A stretch of 64,000 nucleotides of DNA from Octopus sinensis (GCF_006345805.1 NC_043004.1:3968001-4032000); one strand, 5' to 3'. Positions 26,316 to 39,482 are shown, counted from the first letter of the stretch. Numbers and translations: made by a program. The notes: a model not told the origin generated them from the letters alone.

Positions 26316-26368
<53 letters not shown>

Positions 26369-26465
26369 TATACATGCGCATACATTCACACAAACACATA
26401 TATGCTTATACACACACATATATACATAATACATACATACATTCATACATACATACATATATGCA

Positions 26466-26499
<34 letters not shown>

Positions 26500-26614
26500 C
26501 ATACAAACATACATACATACATACATACATACATACATACATACATACATACATACATGCATACATACATACATACATACATACATACATACATACATAC
26601 ATACATACATACAT
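26305..26614. repeat. (CA)n/(CATA)n microsatellite
   Basis: Directly visible. Confidence 0.95.
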
Positions 26615-28592
26615 CATGGCGCCGTCGACATCGGACGTGCTAAAAAGTCCGTTTTGAACGCCTTCCCCCCGAAATATGCCAACTTCTCCAGCTTAAATCG
26701 ACAACTGGTTTATTTCTCCAATAATTAATAAGAGAAACACCTTTTATTCGCCAACGTAGCGCAATCCTGAACAGATTTTAAAATATACATCTAGACCACG
26801 TGGAATCTCGCTAACACGATTATGGCTGAAACTAACACCGCCACAGATGAAACTAACAACGTGACCACCGATGAAAACAGAACTAATTCACCAGTAAGTT
26901 ATCTAAGAAGACGTAAGGACTCTTCTCATTTTACTTGGGCTCAACAACTAAACCAAGATTTACTTCGGTGCTATGAAAAAGCTCGAGATGACCCTTTCAA
27001 TTGGATACATGAAGCGGTTAAAACAATACTTAAATACCTTCACGGTGAAACAGCTCCGACAACAAGCAACTTTTGTAAAAAAAAAAAAATCAACTCGAGC
27101 CTCCCAAAACACTGAGAATGGGCCAAAATCTGCCAAAAGCACCGTAAAAAACAATCTAAACAAACCACCGCTCCTGCCATCGCTAAATTCGAGTGTGTCT
27201 CCAAATTTAGCTGACTCAGTAGCAAAGACTGCGGAATACATCCAACTCAAAAACAGTTTAAAATTGCGATTTGTAAAAACGTTTGCTTCTTTCTCGAAGC
27301 TTTCGTTGAGCAACAGACCATTGCCAACAAGAGTGAGAAAAAATCTGACAGGTCTAATGTTTAAAGTTATGGCTAGAGAGCACATGGAATCATGTGAGGT
27401 TAATTACTGCAATATAAATACCCTTATAAACACAGCTGATATCACCCCTAAAGAACACCCAGGAGAAATCTACAGTGAACAAAGTAAGGAAATTACTAAA
27501 CGGAAATAACCTAAATGGAAAACAAAACTTGAAGAAAACATCAACAACGTGTACCGCCATAAAATGTAAGGAGAGAAATGAGTTTACACCTCACCAACTC
27601 TACCTTAGACAAAACTTAATGAAACTTTATCGCAGCTCTTCACACCGATCTCTTGAGGGAAATCTGATTACTTTAAAACATGGACTCAGGACGATGAGCG
27701 AGAAACTCCGCTATCACATGCGAATTTTTGAACGAGCCACTATCAATCCCGAGACCTGGATGGAAAGCACACAGCATACAAAAAAAAAGACTATGCATGG
27801 GTATGTTACCCGGAAGCTTGAAGAGGACAGTAGCATTGACACGAAGCGCAGCCTCTCTTGGATACAAGACCACTACATCACATTACACTTTGAAGGATAT
27901 GCGTTTGTAATCCAGAAACAGGAGATTGCCACAAAGTACCTGGTGAACAAGAAGAGACAGTGACGCTCTTGTAACCCCAAGGTGCAACCGGATGTGTAGG
28001 CTATGTCATGTTTCTGTGGAAGACATCCCGCATGTGATTAATAGCTGTCCTAAAATGTCGTCACGGTACTACCTCCCTATGCGGCATGATGCTATTGGTA
28101 AAACAATTCGCAATGCCATCTGCAGAAAAGACTGTCCTGAAATAAACTTAGAAAATCCCTCTCTGTAATGGAATACATTCATAAACACCAACTCAAGGAA
28201 TATTGGTGGAATATTCCCCGCCAAACTTCTGTCCATTGTAAACATAACAGGACGGATATTGTCGTTTGGGACACAGGGCAAAGGTATGTACCACCATGGA
28301 GGTCAGCTGCCTTGCAGATATAAATATTTCTTTCAAAATCAAATAAAAAAAAAGAGGATGTCTATGGACAACTGTTTCGAAACCTCCAGTTTCTATATCC
28401 ATACTATGAATTCATATTCATACCAATAATAATTAGAGCACTAGGTTTTGTTAGTAAATGCCTAAAGGAGAATCTGGATAAACTGGGACTTTCAGAAAGA
28501 GAAAATGACCGGTTGATTCCTATATTACAAGTGTAATCTGTAAGTGGAACAGTAAAAATATATGCAAGATTTTTCTCAAGTTCCAAATGTGA
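26615..28592 (+). mobile_element. R4/Dong-clade LINE with putative 5' UTR, N-terminus and 3' end but no recognisable RT domain
   Basis: ATG at 26822; GYMKRLKQ..FTVKQLRQQATFV (also in the 38 kb copy); then MHGYV..FEGYAFVIQKQEIATKYL, CRLCHVSVEDIPHVINSCPKMSSRYYLPMRH and FIPIIIRAL. No QGD or FVDD motif seen. Confidence 0.8.
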
Positions 28593-28944
28593 ATTTGTCC
28601 AAATGTGAATGTATTAACTACATCCCAAATATGGAGCCTTGTATTTTTGTTGGAAACTGGTTCCCTCCTCAGTGGAAGATTTATAAGGATTAAAAAATAG
28701 AAGAGACATACATACATGCATACATATAAATATGTCTATACGTACATATATATGGAGTGGAGACAAATGGCTTTGCGTGATTATTCGTTGCAATTAAAGC
28801 TTACCATTGATTTCTAAACTCTAAACATTGTCAAGCGGGGATTCTTGAAGATTTACTTTTGGAAACGAAGGAAAAGGGTAGAATGTTGTGAATGAGTAAA
28901 AGAACCCTTGGTGTGCAGATTGCCAAGGATAAAAGCTAAATTAC

Positions 28945-28945
28945 A

Positions 28946-28995
<50 letters not shown>

Positions 28996-29263
28996 ACACA
29001 CACACACACACATACACATATCTTTTTCATATCTGCCATTTCCGAAGAGCGCACGGAGATGGCAGGTATGACTGTACTGTTACCTAATCTCCAGTTATTT
29101 AATACCCAGTGTGAAACTGATTCGTAAAACTCGGCTGAAATGGATCTATTAAATTTATACACGTACGTACACACACCCGCGCACACACACACACACATAC
29201 ACATACATACATCCATACATCCATCCATCCATCCATACATACATACATACATACATACATACA

Positions 29264-29321
<58 letters not shown>

Positions 29322-29326
29322 ATATT

Positions 29327-29408
<82 letters not shown>
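28945..29408. repeat. (CA)n/(CATC)n/(CATA)n/(TA)n microsatellite cluster
   Basis: Directly visible. Confidence 0.9.
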
Positions 29409-29410
<2 letters not shown>

Positions 29411-29885
29411 GTGGCGAACAAAGGTGTGGAGAGGAGTAAAAGCGTTTGAAGAGGCCAGAATAACGCAAGTAAGACTCAAAAGATATCTAAGGAAGAATAC
29501 AACGATCGAGAAAGTGAATGACAATGACGTTTTTGTGTGCACAGTCTGTGACATATCATGCCTGTCTTTGGCTGGCCTCAAATCTCATCTGCGAACGCAT
29601 GGAAAACGAACGTCCACCAGCTATTCTGACTATATGCCTGTGCACACCTTTGAAAGGCAGTGTATGCCAAAAGGTTTGCAAATCCAACGGAGGCCTCAAA
29701 AGACATGTTAAGATCTACGAAGAGCAGAACTTATCTGTAGGTATTGGTGGTCCAAATCGGAGGTGCATTCTATGTGGGTGTCTTTTCAGAAGATTGGTTT
29801 AAAAAGCCACATTAGACGACGCCATGATGGTGCTAAGGGGTAGATACAGGAGGTGGTCAAACTCTGCATAAGGAATAGACAGCCA

Positions 29886-29887
<2 letters not shown>
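29409..29887 (+). mobile_element. 5'-truncated RTE-clade LINE 3' end carrying three C2H2 zinc-finger motifs, inside (TA)n
   Basis: [16 protein letters not shown] (RTE C-terminal motif); CTVCDISCLSLAGLKSHLRTH; (C)SVCQKVCKSNGGLKRHVKI(H); CILCGCLFRR..GLKSHIRRRH, with two frameshifts. Confidence 0.75.
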
Positions 29888-29944
<57 letters not shown>

Positions 29945-30093
29945 GCATTATATATACATTTAATGCTGACTGTCGAAGAAAGAATACTCAATGCCATTGT
30001 TGAGGGGTTAATAATGCATTTTATTTTGGTCTTGTTACTCTGAATTTCAGCCGTGAGGGCGTAGTGTCCGATATATATGTATGTGTGTGTGAT

Positions 30094-30128
<35 letters not shown>

Positions 30129-31288
30129 TTCACACACTCACACACCCATACTAATACATATTATAGAAAGACAAAACGCATGGAGTAATGTGGCTAAAGA
30201 TCAACAAAATATGGTGATTTTCCTCATTCGCTTTTTTAATGTATGCGCTGAATGTTAAGCGAAAGCTGGCGTTCTTCATGCTCCCTTAAACATAACATTT
30301 ATGGCAGAGATATTGTTTTGTGGGGTGATTATTTAGAAAATGCTGGTGAAGCTTTTTGTGTTATAGGGACGTTAGTTTCGCTTTGTTGGTTTGTCGAGCT
30401 GGAATGGAGAAGGAATGAACAAGATGTTAATTTCCCTGAATAAAGAAAATTATTGTGTGTTGCACACCTGAAAAAGCTGGATTGTTCCATTGTCACATAA
30501 AGAAACTATTTCCAATTCTTTTGTTTTTATTGAAATAAATAATAAACAAAATCAAAATAAGAATTTAATGAATCGTCAATCTGAAACTGCAAGAGAAAAA
30601 TTATTATCTTTCGGCTTTTTATTATTTTATTTGTTTCTGTCATTGGAATGTGGTCATGTTGGAGCACCAGTGAAATGAATATATAAGAAAATGTAAAGGA
30701 ATCACTGAAGAGACGGATTATCTATGGATAGGCAAGAAATCGCAATTTCTCCGAGAAATTTTGTCTTCAACAGTGTTAGAAGAATTTAATGAATACCTGC
30801 CATAGGAATCGTAAGAGAAACGATATTATTAATATCGTACGATTGTAAAATGTGTCTGTTTTAAGTATGAAACACAGATTGATATTTTAAACTAATACTG
30901 TACTTCTTTTGTTGCCCATTACGAATTTTTATTCAGTCGAACGGCGATTTACAACATCAGTGATTTTCTAGTCACTGTTTTCCTATATCAGTGATGACGG
31001 ATTTTGTCTTAGCATGTGGTTGCCTGTGGATACTTGCTACAGACGAAGACCAAAGAGGTAGAAATGCACACCTAACAAAACTATCACAGCTGTTGGACGA
31101 TTTTCGTTTGCTGCTGATATATTCTTATATCTTTTTAACACTGCACGTCAACAAGAACTACTATCTCAGAACGAATACTGCGGTTGATTAGGTTTTTACC
31201 TGAAGTATCTGCTTTAAGTATGATCGATCGACAGGTTGATATATATATATATATATATATATATGTATACATACATACATACATACCT

Positions 31289-31403
<115 letters not shown>

Positions 31404-31500
31404 ACAGGAAGCTTTACGAAAATAAACAAAAGACGAAGGCAGGTGGAGTACAAACAAACAATTGTATTAGTATGGCGCTCAGGAATAGAAATAAAACAAG

Positions 31501-31538
31501 TCTTTTACGTTTCGAGCCTACGCTCTTCAACAGAAAGA
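31501..31538 (-). ncRNA. Minimal type I hammerhead-like motif (copy C, best formed)
   Basis: Minus strand: UCUUU-CUGUUGA-A-GAGC-guag-GCUC-GAAA-C-GUA-AAAGA (stem I 5 bp, stem II 4 bp); host repeat about 31404-31600. Confidence 0.6.
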
Positions 31539-31677
31539 TACACAGAAAAGAAACACGGAGAGAAACAAGGAGAGAAAAAAAAATGCGTGCAAGAGCTAAC
31601 GAATCAACATGGCGGTCTGATTTCGGCCAGAAGTCATACATATACATTATATATATATGAAGAAAGAATGAGTGAGC

Positions 31678-31800
<123 letters not shown>

Positions 31801-31854
31801 ATTTATGTTATAGATATCCGTCTCTCTGTGTATGTATACCTCAAACAAAACCAT

Positions 31855-32175
31855 TGTAGGATCTGAGAATTAATTAATTAATCAATTAATTAAAAGAACA
31901 AGTTTTAATTTACTTTAATTTACTTGAACATTTTAATATCAGACGGTCTTTTGTAAAGATGAATCAGAATTTACACAATGAAAATATTGAATAAATCTTA
32001 GACACGCGTAAATATATCGCTATATCCTTATCTCTTCTCAACGACGTCTACGACTGCCTTCACAAATGCAAATGCACACTCCACGCTGTACCTCCCACTG
32101 TTAGTACACATGCGCCTTTATAAGGTTTAGGACAGTTCACTTGTTATCCCATAGGGGTGTCAGGATTTTACCACA
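31855..32175 (-). mobile_element. 3' LTR of a Ty3/gypsy element (321 bp)
   Basis: Minus strand starts TGTGG right after the polypurine tract AAAAAGGGGAGG (32176-32187) and ends ...ATCCTACA. Confidence 0.75.
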
Positions 32176-32670
32176 CCTCCCCTTTTTGAATTTGACTTTC
32201 CTTGGAAGTCAATATTTTTCTTTTATTTATTATATATTTATTATCACCTCTTCCTCCCCCCTTTTTCTACTTAATTCCCTGGGAAGAAATTGGAATATTT
32301 TTTCGTTTTGGTTCTACTTGCGAAAGTTCTGTTTGTTTTCTTTTGCTAGTTGATGTACTCGTTGTTCGACTATTCCTTGGGGTACCGGGAAGTCAAAAAT
32401 GTCATAAAGAAATTCCGTTGGTCTTCATATCTTATTCTTTCTTCCGTAAACCATTTTTTTCAGTTGGTTTTAATGTCTTTTGTGTTTCCATGTATGACCT
32501 TTTACCATGTACGTTATTTTTGCTAAACGTTTACTTATTATACCTTCTTTCCAACTTCCCTTTCCATTTCTGTATATTTTTTTAAAAAACATCTTGTCAC
32601 CGATTTTGGAGTATTTTATCTTATTCTCAACGTTTCTCTCCATTTTTCTTTTCTTCCCGGTAGTAATTTG
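32176..32670 (-). mobile_element. Ty3/gypsy integrase C-terminal region and polypurine tract
   Basis: KIGDKMFFKKIYRNGKGSWKEGIISKRLAKITYMVKGHTWKHKRH.NQL. Confidence 0.8.
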
Positions 32671-32832
32671 CATAACCGTATGTGAAAAGAATTCCACATG
32701 GGACACCCAGGAATCGCGAGAATGACAGCACTAATGAGGAACTACGTTTACTGGCCGAATATGGATCAGAATATTGAAAAATTCGTGAGAGCCTGCTGGG
32801 GTTGTGCCCTGGTAGCAAAGGCACCACAGTAG
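32660..32832 (+). mobile_element. Ty3/gypsy integrase zinc-binding (HHCC) fragment, inverted relative to the adjacent integrase C-terminus
   Basis: KEFHMGHPGIARMTALMRNYVYWPNMDQNIEKFVRACWGCALVAKAP. Confidence 0.85.
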
Positions 32833-32837
32833 CAAAG

Positions 32838-33399
32838 ACACCCAGTGTGTAACTGGTACTTAATTTATCGACCCCGAAAGGATGAAAGGCAAAGTCGACC
32901 TCGGTAGAATTTGAACTCAGAGTGGCTGTGTGGTAAGTAGCTTGCTATCCAACTACATGAATCCGGGTTCAGTCCCACTGCGTGACATCTTGGGCAAGTG
33001 TCTTCTGCTATAGCCCCGGGCCGACCAATGCCTTGTGAGTGGATTTGGTAGACGGAAACTGAAAGAAGCCTGTCGTATATATGTATATATATATATATGT
33101 GTGTGTGTGTGTTGTGTGTCTGTGTTTGTCCCCTTAGCATTGCTTGACAACCGATGCTGGTGTGTTTACGTCCCCGTCACTTAGCGGTTCGGAAAAAAGA
33201 CCGATAGAATAAGTACTGGGCTTACAAAGAATAAGTCCCGGGGTTGAGTTGCTCGACTAAAGGCGGTGCTCCAGCATGGCCGCAGTCAAATGACTGAAAC
33301 AAGTAAAAGAGTAAAAGAGAGTAAAAGAGTATAATGTCAGACGAAATGCCGCTAAGCATTTTGTCCGGTGTGCTAACGGTTCTGCCAGCTCACCACCTT
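32838..33399 (-). mobile_element. Deu/Nin-like SINE split by a second SINE insertion
   Basis: Body ...AAAGTCGACCTCGGTAGAATTTGAACTCAG at 32838-32921 resumes as TCAGACGAAATGCCGCTAAGC...CCAGCTCACCACC at about 33331-33399. Confidence 0.75.
32922..33330 (+). mobile_element. tRNA-derived SINE with internal microsatellite (same family as 1520-1997)
   Basis: GTGGCTGTGTGGTAAGTAGCTTG...CTTGGGCAAG...(TA)(TG)...GCAGTCAAATGACTGAAACAAGTAAAAGAGT. Confidence 0.9.
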
Positions 33400-33909
33400 A
33401 AACTCAAGTTGAAATATTGCCATGATTAACTTTTAACAGAAGATGTTTTAAAAGGAACGGAAAGAGAGGGAGTTTGTTTATTGAATATTTTGTATTGTTG
33501 TTTTTTTCTTTTAGTTTCAGTTAGATGACGACTTCCACTGAAGAGACCGCCATACGTAGTTAGAATCAACAAGGGGGCATCACAGAACGTGGGATAGGAA
33601 CAGAGGGAGAAATAATTAGTGCGTATAGAGGGGACTGAGACAGACTAGAGCAAGGAGAGCAAGAAGAGAAGAACAATTAGAGAGAGAGATAGAGAGAGAG
33701 AGATGTATGGGAAGTGAGAGACAGATATATATACAGACAGATATATATATATATCTATAGAGATATATTCAGAAGTAAAGCTACGAAGCGACGGAGACGA
33801 ATAGGTAGATATGGAGGGAGGTATGACAGATAGTGAAGCATGTTGATTAAAGATATCGGGAAAATAATTAAAACGTGGTTAATTTCATCTGAAATTCTAT
33901 TTGTTTATG

Positions 33910-33947
33910 CATTATTATCATTATCCTCATTATTATTATTATTATTA

Positions 33948-34002
<55 letters not shown>

Positions 34003-34014
34003 CATCATCATTGT

Positions 34015-34072
<58 letters not shown>
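33910..34072. repeat. (TTA)n/(CTA)n microsatellite
   Basis: Directly visible. Confidence 0.95.
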
Positions 34073-34074
<2 letters not shown>

Positions 34075-34764
34075 ACGTGTATTATTTCCTTATCTCAATC
34101 AATAACAGCTAGAGCTGTGTTTGTTTGGAGAGTGTCAGTTTCCAGTCGCACTCTCTTCACTCGACAGTAATGTATGTTTCTCGAAAAACTTTTCACCTGC
34201 TTCTGTGTGAAATGTGTGCGTGTGTGTGTGTGTGTGTATGCGTGTGTGTGCGCGTGTGTGTGTGTATGTGTACTTATGTATATAAGCACACATATATGTA
34301 TGTTTTTATGTAAGTTATTTAATAACTTGAGGTCTTCTTGAAAAGAACGAGCTGCTTTTCAACAACGATACAAAGCTCCTTCTCCGGAAGGTAGGTAACG
34401 AAAACAAATTTACATTTCGAACCCAAGTAAAATGTCTATTTTCACTGTTCTGCCAACAGTTTCCATTTGTAATATGCATGTTGATTGGTTAATTCCTTCT
34501 TCTGAAATCCACAGATTTTCCAGCTGGTCGTTTAGATTATCCCAGACGCATGTATGGATATTAGTATTCAGTTTTTATTTCAAAATTTCTTGCAAATGGA
34601 GATAGAGTCGGTTTGTAACTTAGATCCAAGGCTTCTTCATTGGAATTTTAACATGTTTGTGTGTATCTGTTCAATATTTGGAGTCAGTGCATGTGACAGA
34701 TGTGTATGTTTCGTTTTATGTACATATTCTCATGCACGTCTAGACATGTGCATATATACTTAAA

Positions 34765-37700
34765 TAATAAACTTTTGGAAAGTTTTCCATATTTTCACGG
34801 TTCACTTGCTGGCTTGTATCTGTAATCTCCTAACTAGCTTTCTCTTTTCTGGTTTTCAGAAAGATATCTTCTCAAGATTGATGCCTAGGCAGTTTATTGT
34901 TCCCCAAATAGTTACAGGTATAAATCTGAACTTGTAATCCAGGCAGAGTAGCTGTAAAGTTCTCGCTGATCTTTAGTTTTATATTGACATCCGCAGGGCC
35001 ACTGATTTCCGGCACAGTTTCTCTTCTCTCTCCCAAATCTCTGTGCTTGCATTTTGTCGGGGTTTTCACTGAACCATTCCACCAGTACTCCTTCATAATA
35101 TGAATGGCGATGACCTCTATCGCTCTTATCTCTTTGGCCTCAGGATAATCCTTCCAGTGGATCTCATTGTACAACGTGGTTACAACATCATGGTTGCAAC
35201 ATCATGTCTCATCGGTAGATATTACTGTGATGACTATGATGTGTGTGATATTTAATCGGTTATCATATTTCGATGTTTTGCCTGCGTCTCTGTCCCTTTT
35301 GAGTATCAGGTATTTGGTTGATATTTCCTGTTTCTGCAGTGCAAACGCACACCCTTCAAAGTAGAAGTTAGTAATTCGGTTAACAATCCGGTCCACGATA
35401 GATTGCCTTATGATCAATGTTAGTATCATCCTGAAGCTTTCTGCTAACATGACCATGTGTGGTCTTCTCCTTTCATCTCCTACGTTGTGGTAGAGTCGTG
35501 CGACTTCTTTGGGAATGTATTTAAGGTTAGCCGACAAGGAATGTTTCTCGAGGCGTTACTTTCGAAGCGTCATCACGCTATATGTCTCGAGTATGCAAAT
35601 GTCTACACTTAGTGATTAAAAGATGTTGCAAGGCATCTGTTTTTACATTCTGTTAAACTTCTGCCCCCTCTTTTTCGTTTTTGGATGATGTGGAAATTAT
35701 TCGTGCTGATCACTACGGAAAACACATTGTGGGTCACTATTTTATTGAATGCAAAGACTTTCGTGATCCATATTTTTCTAGTCCGGCGATTATATTCTTT
35801 AGAGACGCGTTAGTTTTTACGGGCATCATCGGAAGATATCTTCATCTACCCACCAGGTACCTGCAACATTCCTCACCAAATATAAGAGAGACGGTTAAGT
35901 TATTGATAGATATGCTGCTAGTCTGGTTTACAGTTTTTTTTTCTTTTCACAACCATAAAGCAGCATTTATCCTGACCAAACTCCAACCCTATATCCTTTG
36001 AGAATGTTGTAACCGACCAAGGCTCTTTTTCATTTCATGCATATTCTTGGCATATAATTTCAAGTCATCCACGAAGAAGCAGTGTGTAATTTTGGTATTT
36101 CTGCTTCTTTGTGAACCAGCGAGATGCCCACAGACTTCCTCAATATATATGACAAGGGGCTTACTGAAAGTATGAACAGCATCCCAGAGAGGTTGTCTCC
36201 TTGAAATATCTCCACGATATTGCAGTTGAATAATGATGATAGAGTCACTCTCTTTATTTAACTTCAAATGGTGGCTCACGATGAAGTCAGGTCAGCTATG
36301 TCTTTCACTATGCTCTCAGGAACTTTAGCAAGTCGAAAGGCCTTCCAGCATCCATGAATTGAAGTCAAGGGCTTTCTTATAGTCCAGCCACATTAAAACC
36401 AAGTTCTTCCTATACCTCCGAAAGTACCTCCGAAATTATAGTTTTGTTTCTCAACAACTGCTCGGCACATCACCAGACTCCCTTCCTCCCGGCTGCTTCC
36501 ACTGCTGTGATGATATTATTTTCACCAAAGTCTTCCAAGAAGAGGTTTAAACATGCTGTATATATTTTATCCATTATATTGCGACAAGAACTTGGTTCGG
36601 TAATTTGTTTGCCATGTGGGTGGTTCTACTTTTGAAGTATCAGTTTTGTGTCTACCAGAGCTAACCAGTGTGGTATGCTACTATTCCCATTGAGAGCTTG
36701 CTGGTACAGGTTAATAAGATATGATCGGTAGAAGGTTAGCTACTTGTATCAGTATACAGAAATCAAGTTTCTTCCGGGTGCTTTTTCCATTCTGAAGATT
36801 CTTAATTACAATTACAAGGGTATCACCATTGATGCTGACCTGGGTGCGATGCATAAATAATAATTCTTTTGAATTTCTTCCATCAACAGAGTATCGCCGT
36901 TTATTTCCATCTCTTCGCTCCAGATTTTTCCTCCAGGAGTATATTTCTTCTCGCAAAGCAGTTTCTACGGTATTTTCTGCTTCTCCTGTCATGTCTCTAT
37001 CCACTGCTGATTGGTTCCGGTTGAACTTCCTGTCTTTTGTTTTCCTTTCGGGCATTTTCCTCTGAAGTCGGAGTCTTTCATAGACAACTTTTAGCACATC
37101 TTTGAGGTGGATCGGTTTGTAACAAGGGGTCCTCTTCTCATGATCTCCGAACATAATTTTTCTCTTCTTCATTCATACTAGTGAGACATCTTGTAATTTG
37201 CTTGTTTGAATGCAATAAGCATCGCCAAGTGGCCGAGTATTCCGTGAATCAGTAATCTTTCTCTCTGGACTCAAAAGCTGTAATGGCACTGTTATTCATC
37301 GTTTCCGTTTTGTTTACTTCTTAAGTATCTTCCCTTTATTGCTTTGCAGTATTATCAAGGCATCTAAAAAGACTCTAATCTACCAGAATGAGGCTTTATT
37401 CCTTTCCATTTCCATCCAAAGTTCTTAGAACTGTCTCCGCTGACCTTTTGTTTACTTTTGTAGAGAATATTCCTTCTTCAAAGTTAAAGTTATTTTCCCT
37501 TGAAATACTTTATTAAGGGTATATTTCATCGGTGCATGTCACTGGCCACCGCTGCAATGGTCATTAACGTTGTGCTCGCTGTTTATCATAGTAGTAGTAG
37601 TAGAGGGATTCGGCCGAATCCCAAAAGACATTCTCTACGGAGAACTCCCAGCAGGACAGAGGAACAAGGGCCGCTCGCAGCTGAGGTACAAGGACGTGTG

Positions 37701-38365
37701 CAGGAGGGACATGAAGGCGCTCAACATCGACATCAACTCCTGAGAGGACCTGGCAGCGGACTGCACCGGGTGGGAAAGCACACTTCTCAAACAACTACGG
37801 ATCGGTGAAGAAAAGCTGTCAGCTGCAGAAAAGTGATCCCGAGGTAAGGGATCGACATCCGACAGACCAGAATCCACACACAGATGCGATCTATGCGACC
37901 GAGACTGTCATTCTCGCATTGGTCTCCATAGCCACAAGAGGTGCTGCTCAAGCTGAGCGCGGCCCAACCTAGACAATAAATGGACGGACGTGATACCCAT
38001 GGTCAGCCAAGACTGAAGGTGGCCTAGGGGGAGTAGAGAGACAGTGGTCAGTTGCTTTAGCCTGTAATGTAGTCTGGATAGCAGGCAGTACGGTATCTGT
38101 TGAAATATCGCTGTGAAACCATGAGGTGTTCTAATATCGTTCACATATTTGTTTACACTGCCTGCAAGAAAATTAATTTCCCCTTTTCTTTGGATAAAGT
38201 TACATTCACTAACTTTTGTCCTGTATTCAACAAATGTTGCTTGTTGGCGTAATTGTTTCGCAGTAAAATAATTTAGTTTTGGGTGCAAACCGTCCCAGTG
38301 TGATTTCAATCTATTCATACATCCAACAACGGGATTTGGGGACCTTTTCTGTTTCGCTGCCACTT
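34765..38365 (-). mobile_element. Near full-length but decayed R4/Dong-clade LINE (N-terminus, RT, CCHC region, RLE), interrupted by an RTE fragment
   Basis: In order on the minus strand: NRLKSHWDGLHPKLNYFTAKQLRQQATFV; FNRNQ; WLDYKKA; IFQGDNLSGMLF; THCFFVDDLKLYA; FEGCAFALQKQEISTKYL; EISGPADVN. Confidence 0.85.
37603..38026 (+). mobile_element. RTE (BovB-like) LINE 3' end with a single C-terminal C2H2-like finger
   Basis: GRIPKDILYGEL..G.RNKGRSQLRYKDVCRRDMKALNID; HRCDLCDRDCHSRIGLHSHKRCC; preceded by (TAG)n. Confidence 0.9.
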
Positions 38366-38551
38366 TTAGATTTCTTTAATTTTGTTCCAATTGATTTCAG
38401 ATTTGGTGCATTGATATAGTGTTGTAGGCTAATTATTGACATAAATTCATTTTCACCATTAATCAATGTATGTATGCATGTATGTATGTGTGTATGTATG
38501 TGTGTGTGTGTATGTATGTATGTATGTGCGTGTGTGTGTGTGTGTATGTAT

Positions 38552-38586
<35 letters not shown>

Positions 38587-38665
38587 CGACTGATCACGTC
38601 CGAGGATATAAAGTAAGAAGATACATAAATTTCTTTGCGGATTTATGTAAAAATCTATTCTAGAA

Positions 38666-38697
38666 ATAATAATAATAATAATAATAACAACAACAAC

Positions 38698-38787
<90 letters not shown>

Positions 38788-38808
38788 ATTAATAATAATA
38801 ATAATAAC

Positions 38809-38858
<50 letters not shown>

Positions 38859-38886
38859 TAATAATAACAATAACAATAATAATAAC

Positions 38887-38941
<55 letters not shown>

Positions 38942-38957
38942 TAATAATAATAATAAT
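38666..38957. repeat. Long (AAT)n microsatellite hosting Dong-like insertions
   Basis: Directly visible; further (AAT)n/(GAT)n tracts at 39298-39482 and 40092-40166. Confidence 0.95.
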
Positions 38958-39399
<442 letters not shown>

Positions 39400-39403
39400 A
39401 ATT

Positions 39404-39482
<79 letters not shown>

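Noticed and set aside
29424-29810. Host C2H2 zinc-finger gene exon
   Set aside because: Preceded by an RTE C-terminal motif, frameshifted, no splice signals noted, and flanked by (TA)n; better explained as a LINE tail.
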